Shown: positions 52,733-64,000 of the stretch, in pieces
Layout of the letters: each line of letters starts with the position of its first letter
Position numbering within the stretch: the first letter of the stretch is position 1
Position numbers and translations under genes: made by a program
The notes under the pieces: generated by a model
What the model was told of the DNA's origin: nothing
The model's database searches: none
Seen by the model: the letters and a program-made list of their open reading frames with translations, nothing else
Source: Octopus sinensis
Lineage: Eukaryota
Reading direction: 5' to 3'
Assembly (NCBI RefSeq): GCF_006345805.1
Contig: NC_042998.1
Location: forward strand, 77,376,001-77,440,000
DNA: 64,000 bases

Positions 52733-53002
52733 GTGGTGAACGAACTGCAGAGATGTTTTCTTTATTGTGATAAAGTATTTGTGCTCTACAGTAGCTCATT
52801 GTCTTCATCAAAACGACTTATACAGGTGCCCAGTGGGCGAAACGTCGGATGTTTAAGTGATCGTAGAACAGCGTAAAATAGAGTTTGTTCGTTCACGTTC
52901 CGGGATTTAGAACTTCCAATTTTCGTCTGTATCGCCAAATTTGTACACCATTTGCTCATAATATACATCAAAAATTCATTTCTAAGTGGCGCTATCCAAC
53001 AA

Positions 53003-53215
53003 AATCCTTGTGAGTGGATTTGGCACACGAAAGCTCAAAGCGGATATACATAGACACTCGCACACACACACTCGCACACGGACATACACATATACACACA
53101 CACACACTCACACACATAAAAACTGTATATAGCTCTGTCAGTGTCTTTGTCCTCCCCCATCACCGCTTGACAACCGGTGCTGGTGTATTTACTTCCCTAT
53201 AACAGTGGTCCAGCA
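53003..53215 (+). mobile_element. SINE family A internal fragment
   Basis: ccttgtgagtggatttgg...tttgtcc..cccc..caccgcttgacaaccggtgctggtgt.tttac. Confidence 0.75.
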
Positions 53216-53217
53216 GG

Positions 53218-53386
53218 AAAGTAACTCCTCATATTGAACGCTAATATTTCCCTCTAACAATCTCGCAACGTCTCTGATGAAAGGTTATCCCTAATATGCC
53301 AGAATCAGCTGTAAGACTAACTTCCTCCTTAGAAATGTACTGAAAATTCCACAGGACCTTGGTTTTGTTGTCTTCTTTTATTTAAC

Positions 53387-53474
<88 letters not shown>

Positions 53475-53500
53475 GTGTGTGTGTGTGTGTGTGTGTGTAA

Positions 53501-53548
<48 letters not shown>

Positions 53549-53717
53549 TAAATAAAATGAGACAACAAACCAAGGTTGTATGGAATTTTCAGTACATTTC
53601 TAAAGAGAAAGTTAGTCTTACAGCTGATTCTGGCATATTAGGGATATCCTTTCATCAGAGACGTTGTGAGATGGTTAAATAAAGGGAAATATCAGCGTTC
53701 AATATGAAGAGTTATTT
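53218..53717. mobile_element. Tail-to-tail inverted pair of PLE 3' ends around a TA/TG microsatellite, each with a variant hammerhead
   Basis: 53218-53386 and 53546-53717 are inverted repeats; each reads GTCT-CTGATGA-...-GAAT-CAGCTG-TA-AGAC. Confidence 0.75.
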
Positions 53718-54447
53718 TTGAAAAGGAAGCAAATAAGGAATATATAGAGAAATAGGAGAATGAATGTAAAAATAAAAATAAAAATAAAAATGTATAAAGA
53801 TTTTATAGTTGCAGTTTCATTATCGAAGGAAAGTGGTGGGTAGAAGTGGTAGAAATGCTTCGTGTCTGTGGTATGTAAATTCCAATAGGAGTTCATATTT
53901 TGTCATCACAAATGTAAAGTGTTGACCAATGATAATTGTCAGCCTTATTTCTGAATTAATATATATTTGTTGTATGATTTAATTTTATCTGTCACATAAA
54001 AACGATGCCTGAGAGAAACATCCTAAAAGCAGATGCAGCATCTGCGTTGAAAGAACTGCAAAGTCCACATTCATGGGACAGCAAAATGTCCGATTTTGTT
54101 GACCAGTGTAATTGTCAGCTCCTTGCAGTTGTTTCCTACGCATCTTTTTAATAGTATAATGATAACAATACTCCATTACAAAAAAAACCGCTTTCATCAG
54201 ATGAACGTAATGTTACAAACAAAAGAATATTCCAAGAATACAGCAGAGATGCGCCCAAAGTATGTTGAGGCCAACTATGAAATACCAAACATAGACTGGA
54301 ACCACAGATATATCCAACGCTAATTGGTGCATATCTTTTCAAGTACCTGATTCTATCTGAATTTTTATTTTACTATACATACATACATACATACATACAT
54401 ACATACATACATACATGCATACATACATGCATACACACATACATACA

Positions 54448-54481
<34 letters not shown>

Positions 54482-54599
54482 CATGCATACATACATACAC
54501 ACACATACATATAGATATGTATATTCATAGGTTTGTATGCATATATGTAGTATGTATGTATGTATGTATGTATGTACGATCATTTTTATCAATTATATA

Positions 54600-55410
54600 G
54601 GAGGTCGTATCAAAATGTTTCCGGACTAGTTATGTTTAATAAAAAAGAATCTTATTTACCTAATCATCGAAATATTCACCCTTGCACAGCGATACAAAAA
54701 TCCCAGCGTTCTTAAGTTTCTGTGATTCGCTCACCGTCTCGGCAACGGTGTTAAAACAGCGATCTCCTAGCTGTATTTTCACTTTGGGGAAGAGATGCAT
54801 GTTGCAGGTGCTATATCTGGCGAATAGGGAGGGTGCTTGATCAATATGTTGTTTTGGGCGAGAAACTCACAAGTGAAGAGAATTCGGTGACAGGGTGCAT
54901 TGTCGTCTCGAATGTTCTCTCTGAGACGCTTCAAAACATCACAGTAGAACTCTCGACTGACGTTCTGACCTTAGGAGTTGAATTCCAGATGCACAATACC
55001 ACATTTCCGGGGGCGACGCTCGAGGAATGTTTTCCAGATTCCTCATCGTCTTCCACGGACGTTCTTTTGCTTTTGAAACGCTTGTGCCACTCGAAATATT
55101 GGGCACAGCCCATTGCGACGCTGCCGTAAGCTTGGTGAAATAGGCTCTGTCTCTGTATCAGTCGTCCTAAGTTTAACTCAAATTTTCACGTTGACCTTTT
55201 GTTCATGTCTATGAGAAAATTGCAGACTACAGCATAATCGTGATCAGAAAAAACACAGATTTCACAAATTGTGACGAAGGAAACACACCGATGTCACTTG
55301 CCACACTGCCTCATGAAGGTTGCTGCTAGCTTTCACTATGCACTCAACCATGTGCAGCTATAGGTTGGCGCGCTACAAAAGTAATCCGGGAACTTTTTGA
55401 TACCACCACG
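54600..55410 (-). mobile_element. Internally deleted mariner transposon with both TIRs
   Basis: TA|ggaggtcgtatcaaaatgtttccgga ... tccgggaactttttgataccaccacg|TA; minus-strand HTH AMGCAQYFEWHKRFKSKRTSVEDDEESG. Confidence 0.8.
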
Positions 55411-55646
55411 TATATATGTGTATGAGTGCAATGATACAAATCTTAGTGGTTAGGATAATGCATTCGCGATCGTAAGAATTCCATGATCCTGTACATGCAT
55501 GTGAATAAGAGTTCAAGCAAGAGCTGGGAAGTTAACCGAGCGATTATTGTAATCTCATATTCCATGGAAACGGTCATGATCAGGTCTTTACGAATTCCGA
55601 GGCTCATAAGAGACTTAATATATATAAATGTATGTATGTATGTATG

Positions 55647-55677
<31 letters not shown>

Positions 55678-55970
55678 GTGTGTGTGGGGGCGGGGTGAAG
55701 AGAGAGAAGTCAGACGAAGTCAGGGAGAGAGAAACAATGTTATAAAATTTTAAAATAATGAATATTGTAATTGTTGTGACGGACGCTCCCAGGCGAGAAG
55801 TGGCCTGATCCACTAGTAATAAATAGTGGACTGACATAGAAAGTAGAGTCGAAATTGTTAGAATTTATTGCTTAATTTGTTGCTGGTTATCAAAAACATA
55901 TAGCTTGTTCAACAAGCTTGTGTTTTTTCCAGTATTTGCTTTCCCCGATTGGGATTGAAAAAAAATAAGT

Positions 55971-56720
55971 ATGCCTAAAATTGAAGTTGAACCCGAGGAA
56001 GAACGATCAGGAAACTACGCGTCTGTAGCTGGGAAACAGAACATGGGGAAGACATTGGAACAGTTGGAAATGACAGAAGTTATTATCGACTGGGAAGCAT
56101 TATGTGAATGTAAGCAATTTACATAAAGGGAGGCGTTGAGCGTAAAGTTGACCCCTCCGGAGAAAATAACCAGAGAAGTGAGAAGGAAGTTAATGTACAA
56201 GACTTCCTATTTGCCGACGAGAAAGATTGAAATGGCACCGGAGGATGTTATTAAAAAATGCTTGGACTCAATAAGAAACAACATCCACTTTTACATCCGA
56301 GGTAGGAGATACGGTACAGTGGAGGTAAGATTTGCCTTCCAAGAGGTGGCCTTTAAGCACTCCATTGTACCAATAAGAACTGAAGAATGGCTGCTCCTGC
56401 CAACCTACATAGGAAAACGAATCTCTAGCGTGAGGATTCGCAGGATTCTGCCATAAGTCAGAGATATATGGATTGCAGCAGCTACAATCTCTGGAACAAG
56501 GAAAGAGGCAAAAGTTGTGCAGGCAATCCGAACACAGCAATTGAACTGTAGGGATTACGGCCTAGAATTAATTGTCCAGGCCACCTAAGCGGACCTAAAC
56601 AAAGTCCCCGAAATTATTGAGCTGCCGACCGAAGTACATTTAACAGTGACAGTGGAAGGGAGACCAACCACTTGCTATTGTTGCGGCCAGAAAGGGCACA
56701 TCAAAGAGAAGTACCCGTAG
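55971..56720 (+). pseudogene. gag-like ORF1 (L1/Tx1-type) with zinc knuckle, in-frame stops, no ORF2 downstream
   Basis: A single frame from ATG 55971: NYASVA...GRRYGTVEVRF...LLPTYIGKRISSVRI...LTVTVEGRPTTCYCCGQKGHIKEKYP (CX2CX4HX4C with the last Cys mutated). Confidence 0.75.
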
Positions 56721-58384
56721 AATGAATAAGAACTGAAGAACTCAGCGGAAATCCTAACCCAGCCGGAGAGCACTGTAAAGGTAACAGAAGGGACTCATGC
56801 GACGGAGTTGAAACAAACAGACCAAGAAAATTCCAAAGAGAGCTACATTCAAGTAAACAGAAAAGAGAACGGAACAATACACCGACAAAAAGCACAAACA
56901 ATGTAAAAAAAAGGAGTTACACATACCAGACAAACGAAATACAGCCAACACTAGAAAACAACGCACCCACACAGCATACACCATTGCTATCATCCCCACA
57001 ACAAAACTGCCCAGAATCTCCCACCAAGCATACACATGCAGACACAAAATACAGGAACACTCCGCCAAAACATAGCTTACCTAATGACTTACAGAAGAGG
57101 TAAATCCATAGAAAAAAAAAATCACAACATTTTAAAATATAGAGATAAACCTCCTAAAGACTGCGCAGCAGACAGAGAATGCATATTAATTGATAAACAA
57201 AAACACGAAATATTAAAAACATCATTCAAATCTACTATAGACCCACTGAGGTTAGAGGTCAAATTTGAAACCTCCCTATTTTGTAAGGTAAGTAAATTCC
57301 ATTTTAAAACTTTGATTTAAACGGATAAAATTTGATAAACTAACAGATAATGAACAGTAAAAACCTGACTGCCTGCGAGTGGGGGCTCAGGTAGGAGGTT
57401 TTATCCTCATTTTATAATTTTATACATTTCATTCAGAGTTTTGTATTTTATGTCGCCGCTTGTGGTGTCTGTCTTCGTGCCATCTCCTCATTATCATTAG
57501 AATAAGACCACATAGCAGCAGAGAAACGGATGGCATCCTAATAGACTTACAGAAGTACAATGCTTTAAAAGACTTTCATTGGGGTTAGAGGTGAAATATG
57601 ACTCCCTTCCCCGGTGATAGATATTACCGAAATAGTGCCATACATTGTATGACCAAAGGATAATTGAAAAGATCTAAAAAGATAAAGAACTGAAAATTTT
57701 GAAGAAACGAACAGTAACATGCAACTACCTGATGGTGGGGCTCAGTAAGATGTTCATCTTCAATATTATATTCATCTCACCCATCCCTTGATGTTTTATG
57801 TCCCTACGTTGTGTTGTCATTGTCTGTCCTCGTGCTGTCCTCTGTGTCCAGGCCTATGTGCCTAATAAAGAAATTCGGTCAGCGAAGTTACGCCGTTCGA
57901 AACATTCCCGTAGAGATGATGAAATACGTCATCATCAAGAGACATAGCAAAGGTGACGAGGGTTCGGACAATACCGTCACTGGGACATATCAGTAATTAA
58001 GTGCAATTCATAAAAAATAGTTGGGTAGAATAGTATACAATTCTCTATCTGGAACAAATTATTTGAATTGATATTCTTAACTCATCCGACTCGAAAAAAT
58101 TATGGATTGATATGTTTCTGTATACACATCCATATCAATTCCCTCTCCGAACATGTGGTACAGACAACAACCTTGATGTGGTTTATTTATTAGATGTTTG
58201 GTCATGTGACAACATGTGGGCGAGAAGTAACTGAAAGTGTAGATAGTTAATAAATAAAAGATTAATATCGGTGGAAAACGAAGGGCACAAAAAGTAAGGA
58301 AGACAATGAAAATGAGAAAAAAATAAAAGAAAAAAAAAATAAAGTGACAGGATATATAAACGATGTTGACAGCCGTAGAAGATG

Positions 58385-58630
58385 GGAAAGAAGAAGACGA
58401 AGAAGAAGAAGAAGAAGAGGAAGAAGAAGAAGGAGAAGAAAAGAAGAAGAAGAAGAAGAAGAAGAAGACGAATAATGAAGCAGAAGAAGAAGGAGAAGAA
58501 GAAGAAAGAAGAAGAAGAAGAAGAAGAAGAGAAGAAGAAGAAGAAGAAGAAGAAGAAGAAGAAGAAGAAGAAGAAGAAGAAGAAGAAGAAGAAGAAGAAG
58601 AAGAAGAAGAATGAAAAAGAAGAATGAAAA
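58385..58630. repeat. (GAA)n microsatellite
   Basis: Directly visible; it explains the poly-E/K/F ORFs. Confidence 0.95.
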
Positions 58631-59050
58631 AGAATGCAGAAAGAGGAGTAGGTGTAGAAGCAGATGGGTAGGTTGAAAAGAAATAACTTATGAGAAGAGA
58701 AGTGACAGAATGAAAGACATATGAAATTTATAGATGCGTTCAATTTCTGTCCTTATATCTTTGACCAGATGGCCTTGTAAGTGAAAATTCGATTCTGTCT
58801 GTTGGACTGCGAAACGTGGGAGCTGGGAATGGAATTTAATGCGTGATTTATAGCTTTTACAGTTGGATGTCTTTTGTTTTATCAATTACTTACATTACAC
58901 AAGTGAAATGGGGCTGTGCTTCCTGTACTAAAAATGTTTTTACTTTCTATCACTTATCTGTGATCAAGAATTGACGTATACACACATATGCTAATGGCCC
59001 CTTCCATCTATTCATCCATGCATTCAAGCATCCATGCATTCATGCATCCA

Positions 59051-59117
<67 letters not shown>

Positions 59118-60095
59118 TATATATATATATATATTTATATATATAAATACATACACACGCACGACACAGACGCACACACATCAGAGTATATAAGCATACT
59201 TTTACTATCTATACGCATTCACCCGCGCACACAAATATACACACACAACAGCACCCAGCCACACACACACATACATAAACACACCCACATCCATACTTAA
59301 TGTACGTTCACATATTCACTTATGTACATGTGCATATGCGCATACGCTTACAAATCTACACGCCCACGTGTGTTTATACATATATACCATAGAATGACTC
59401 ACATATGTACATATACGTTCCTGGAAAAACTCAGTCAAACACATTCGCATCAAGTGCGTTGATACGTGCGCAAACACATAAAACCTTCATGTTTATGTAG
59501 GAACATAGGTGCAGAGATGAAAGACAGATAAGATAATGAAAACAATGTTACTGTGAAAACATATATGTAGGAATATAACAAGAAATTACGCGAACTTTGT
59601 GAAATAGTAGGCTCAATTCCATAAAGTATTGTTATAGGAAAACAGGAAATTACGAATTTATAGAAATAGAAAATACAAACTTCCAAAGTAGCAACTTTAC
59701 AGAATTCTCAAGTCACTTGTGAAATACGAAATATATATATATATAGTTTAAAGAAAACTGAAAATGTAGATAACGTTGATAAACAACAATTGATTTGCAT
59801 GAATTGTTATTTATTAATAATTTACAAAAACACTCCATTAATAAATAATATTTGATGCTAATCAATTCTTGTTCATCAATGTTGTCTCCATTTTCTGCTT
59901 TCTTTAAACTTAGATTCCTGATAAACACCTGATTATCCTTGTCTTTACCTATAATTTATGCCCATAACATTGTTGCCCATATTTGAACATAGATAATATA
60001 CCTGTAGCATTTTGGATAATTTGTTACTTAGACGGTTATTTTGACCTCTAACTCAACTAACCTTACACACACACGCATACATACACACACACACA

Positions 60096-60185
<90 letters not shown>

Positions 60186-60302
60186 CATTGTAAATTACCG
60201 TATTGTTTATATTTAATACCGAATAGGTCTATTCTATTACACAAATACAAGTTTATGATTGTGAATCGGACATATGGGAATACAAGTTCATTTATTTGCC
60301 AA

Positions 60303-60572
60303 AATTAGTTAGTTAATTTTTTGGCTCAAAAAGCAAAAAGCAAGGCCATGTAGGGGGACATGGAGTTATGTACAGGGTGGTGTTCATGTAAAGAGTTCAG
60401 GCCACTTGTGGTCAAGGGAGACTTTGAACCGAGCGGTCGTCGGCATCTTCCCTATCTCGTCCGGCAGCTTATTCCACGGATCCGCAACACGGACGGAGAA
60501 AGCATCTCTCCTTCAATTGATATGAAATCGTCGCAGATAGAGCTTTTCGGAGTGACTCCGCAGCCGAAGAAA
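60303..60572 (-). mobile_element. CR1-like LINE 3' end (5'-truncated) with (TAAC)n tail
   Basis: Minus strand RLRSHSEKLYLRRFHIN*RRDAFSVRVADPWNKLPDEI...FKVSLD matches the CR1 C-terminal RGH..KL...FS.RV...WN.LP...FK..LD. Confidence 0.85.
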
Positions 60573-60896
60573 TAAAATATCTGCTTTAAGTCCCCGTTAG
60601 TAACTCTACCGTAGTTTCTGTATCATAGATTACTTATGTGAAATAGATGATATTACAAATATTAATTATCTTCGGTGTTAAATGTGATTTTATTAATGAA
60701 TTTGTTGGTGTAATTCTTGTTCAAATTATCCAATGCATTTCTAATGACTATAATCGAGTGAAACTTGTATGCATGTATATACAGACTCGTATACATATAT
60801 ATAAGAATAAATTTGCAATTGAAGCGCGTTGTAATGCACAAATTATTTAGACGTGTCTTGTGAATTACTGTATTGTATGATATAACCGAAGTATTA

Positions 60897-61570
60897 GCGC
60901 CAAGTAGTGTTTAGGCATAAGAAAAATTTAGGTTAGCTAAAATATATTTGTGACATAGTTCAAAGTTAAAAAGCAAATTCACAGCAGTTACGGCGGTGAA
61001 AATTTTCTCTTATAGTAAGAAGGTGTAAAAACACCAAATCAGTCCAGAGACACCATCTATAAGGATTCCCAGACATCGCTAATTTTAGCTTCTTAGCAGT
61101 TATCAACTGCAACGCCGGACAGACATATTATAGTTATAGCTTTAAATAAAATACAGTCGACAACATAGACTGATTTGCGCCAGTAGACCGCCAGGGTATG
61201 AAAATTATCGCCAAGCTGTGTTTAGGCATAAGCAAAGTTAAGGTTTGTTACAATGTGTTTGTGACATATTTCAATAGCTAAAAGGCAAATTCACTACAGT
61301 TACCATAGAAAAAACATTCTCTTATGGTAAAAAGGTTTAGAAACAAGATATCTGTCCAATGTCACCAAATATCAAGATTCCGAGAAATTAATGTTGCTAG
61401 CTTCTTAGCTGCTATCAATGATAAATACTTGAGAGAGACAACTCTGGACAGGCCTTTTGAACCCCTAGCTTTAGCTAAAACATAGTCAACGACACTGACT
61501 GGCATGCGCCTGTGGAGCGCATATCTGTCCAATGTCGCCATCTATCAGTGTTGCCAGACATTGATGTTTC
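60897..61570. repeat. Diverged ~310-bp tandem repeat (two units plus a partial third)
   Basis: cgccaag..gtgtttaggcataag at ~60898 and ~61209, with colinear similarity along the whole unit; third partial atatctgtccaatgtc at 61521. Confidence 0.8.
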
Positions 61571-62344
61571 TGACTGCAATTTTTAAAATCCAAAAGTAAG
61601 TGAGAACCTGTACACAATTGTGTAAAGTTTTAGCAAAAGCGAAGTGCAATGATAATCTTGGCTGGAGAAGTGAGAGTAATATGTAACATACTTGACTCCA
61701 GAAAGTGTGAGAACCAGATTTGAAGCTATATCTAGTGACGGTGGTTCAGAATGAATATTATCAAATTTTTGATCTTTCGTAAGTACGACGTTGCCTTGTT
61801 ATTTTAAGGAAAATGTTAACGGAGACAACTGATTGAGAGAAGGTGTTAATGAGAACAGCTCTGCTGATCGTGTGTAGCAGTCAAGTACAATTCAGGGATC
61901 TCAAATGTATTTCTTGTAATCCTATAATTCCTGGGGCAATAGTCTGTGAACTGGTTGAGAGAAATATACAGTTTAGGATAGCTCCGAGAGTACGTTCTTA
62001 AAGAGTTATTAATTTGGTGGCAAATTATCACATCCGCTAACTGAAGCTTTTAACAAAAGATACTTTCTCTGCCACCTTACAAATTGGACATGACAGTTAA
62101 CAGCACTGCATGCCGGGTTGGGATCTAACTGGATGGTGAATTAAGCGTATATCTTCGTCTTCCTCTCAGAAAATGCATGAATGTATCGTAGTCTACTATT
62201 GAAGGAGAGTTTGGCTCATACATAAAATAATAGACACATTTTCCATACTTAAAATTATGTACACTTTTTCCATAACATTGATATGATTTTCTAACTTTTA
62301 ACCATTTCTAAAGATTCGGAGTAAGTAAATTTTTGTGCGTATCT

Positions 62345-62487
62345 TTGTATGCCATTATTCAGTTTATTTCAAGGTTTCTTGCTAATAGAGAAAGAACCGG
62401 TTTCTAACCTAGATCCAAGGCTCTTTCATTGGAATTTCTACATCAACAAAAGGGTATTTTTGTTTGTATGTATGTATGCATGTATAC

Positions 62488-62520
<33 letters not shown>

Positions 62521-64000
62521 TGTATGTATGTATGTATGTATGTATGTATGTATGTATGTATGTATACATCTATGTATGTGCAGATATGTATGTTTTATGT
62601 ATGTACTCCATGCATATAGTTGCATATATAGACATGGTCATATGTATTTAAATGATACACTTCTGGAAAGTTTTACAGATTTTTACAGTTCTAGTGATGG
62701 ATTATATCTTTAGTCTTCGAACTAGGTTTCTCCTTTCTTGTTTTGAGAAGCCTAATTTCTCAAGATTAGTATAACGTGAACTTGTAATCTGGATAGAGTA
62801 ACTGCAGATTTCTCAATAGTTCAGCATTGGTGTTCGCTCTTTTAGTAATCTTCAGCTTTATGTTAACATCCGCTGGGCATCTAATTTATCTTCTCTATCC
62901 CAAATCATTATATCAGGACCGTTGTGCTTACAATTTATTGAGGTCTTCACTGGTACATTCCACCAGTATTATTTTTATTATGAGTGGCTATGGCTTCTAC
63001 CATATCTCTTTGTCCTCAGGATTATCCTTCCGACGGAACTCATTATAGAGTGTTCTAGCTACAACGCCATGTCTCATCGGTAGATAATACCGTGATAATA
63101 CCGGACAACTGCTTATGATGTGGGTTATATCTTCAGTGTGAACCCCACAAATTCTGCATCGGTTGTCACATTTTACGTTTTTACCTGCATCTCTTGGGTG
63201 ATATTTCCTGTTCCTGGATTGCAAACGCATACCCTTCAAAGTGATAGGTAGTAATCTGGCTATTGATCTATGATAAACTTCTTTGATGATCAATGTTACT
63301 ATCATCTTGAAGCTTTCTAATAACATATCCATTCATAGCCTTCTGCTCATATAGGCTCATCCTCTCATCTGATGATAGGTTGCGGTAGATTCGTGCGATT
63401 TCCTTGGGCATGTATTCTTGGTTATCAGACTAAGTGTTGCTCAAGGAGTTGCCTTTCAAGTCTTATGATGTTATCAGCCTCATGTAATGGAACTTGATCA
63501 AGGGATGCCTTTCGACACTTGCTTATTAAAAGATGTTGCCGAAAGGATATGATACGACATTCAAAGGCATTTTCGATGGATGTTAAGCCTCTCCCTCCTT
63601 ATTTTCATTTTAGGTAGAGGCGGTCTACATCAATGTTTATGAGGAAATTATACGTACTTATTATTTTGGGGGTTTTCACATCAATGACTCGGATCTCATC
63701 AAGCGTCCAATCAAGCAGCCTAAATGTTGGTATGAGTACTGGCACTGAAAACACATTGTGGGCCACTGTTTTATTGAATGCAGAAAGTTTTGAGGTCCAA
63801 ATTTTCTTTATTCGGTTGTAACATTCTTTAGTGACACGTGCTTTGTTACAGGTGCCATCATAAGCTATATTTTCATCCACCCCTAGATACCAATAACATT
63901 CCTCGTCAGTTACAGGGGAAAGAGCCAAATCATTAATGAAGTTATTACTAGTCTGGTTTATTGTTTTCTCCCTTTTCACAGCCATATAACAACATTTATT
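62345..64000 (-). mobile_element. R4/Dong-type non-LTR retrotransposon (RT C-terminus, CCHC finger, restriction-like endonuclease, 3' UTR); decayed and cut by the window edge
   Basis: YWYLGVDE, KIWTSKLSAFNK..AHN.FSVPVL, VDRLYL...GGRGL, CRICGVHTEDITHIISSC, RH..VA, WNVPVKT...HNGPDI, terminal KICKTF. Confidence 0.88.

Overview
AT-rich, microsatellite-dense eukaryotic DNA made almost entirely of transposable elements and their relics. The SINE families, (TA)n/(CA)n/(GATA)n load and TE mix point to a cephalopod (Octopus-like) genome; this is an inference. No host protein-coding gene could be supported. The window holds two near-full-length Penelope-like elements (PLEs): a 'Hydra'-type copy at 4.3-7.9 kb with an inverted 3' copy, and a Neptune-type copy at 12.0-16.6 kb on the minus strand. 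It also holds further PLE relics, several small hammerhead-ribozyme-bearing palindromes embedded in (TA)n, a full-length CR1/L2-group LINE (45.8-50.9 kb), 3' fragments of RTE, CR1 and R4/Dong-type LINEs, an ORF1-only gag-like element, decayed mariner and maT-type Tc1/mariner transposons, MITE/HINE-like elements and about ten tRNA-derived SINEs. The most striking observation is that two unrelated retroelements share a retrovirus-like gag-pol architecture: an upstream ORF1 ends in a U-UUU-UU(A/G) slippery heptamer, and the RT frame (-1) opens just after a stop 9-12 nt upstream of it. This is unexpected for an endonuclease-bearing PLE, which canonically has one ORF, and for a LINE. The LINE ORF1 also carries a Myb/SANT-like domain plus a CCCH finger.
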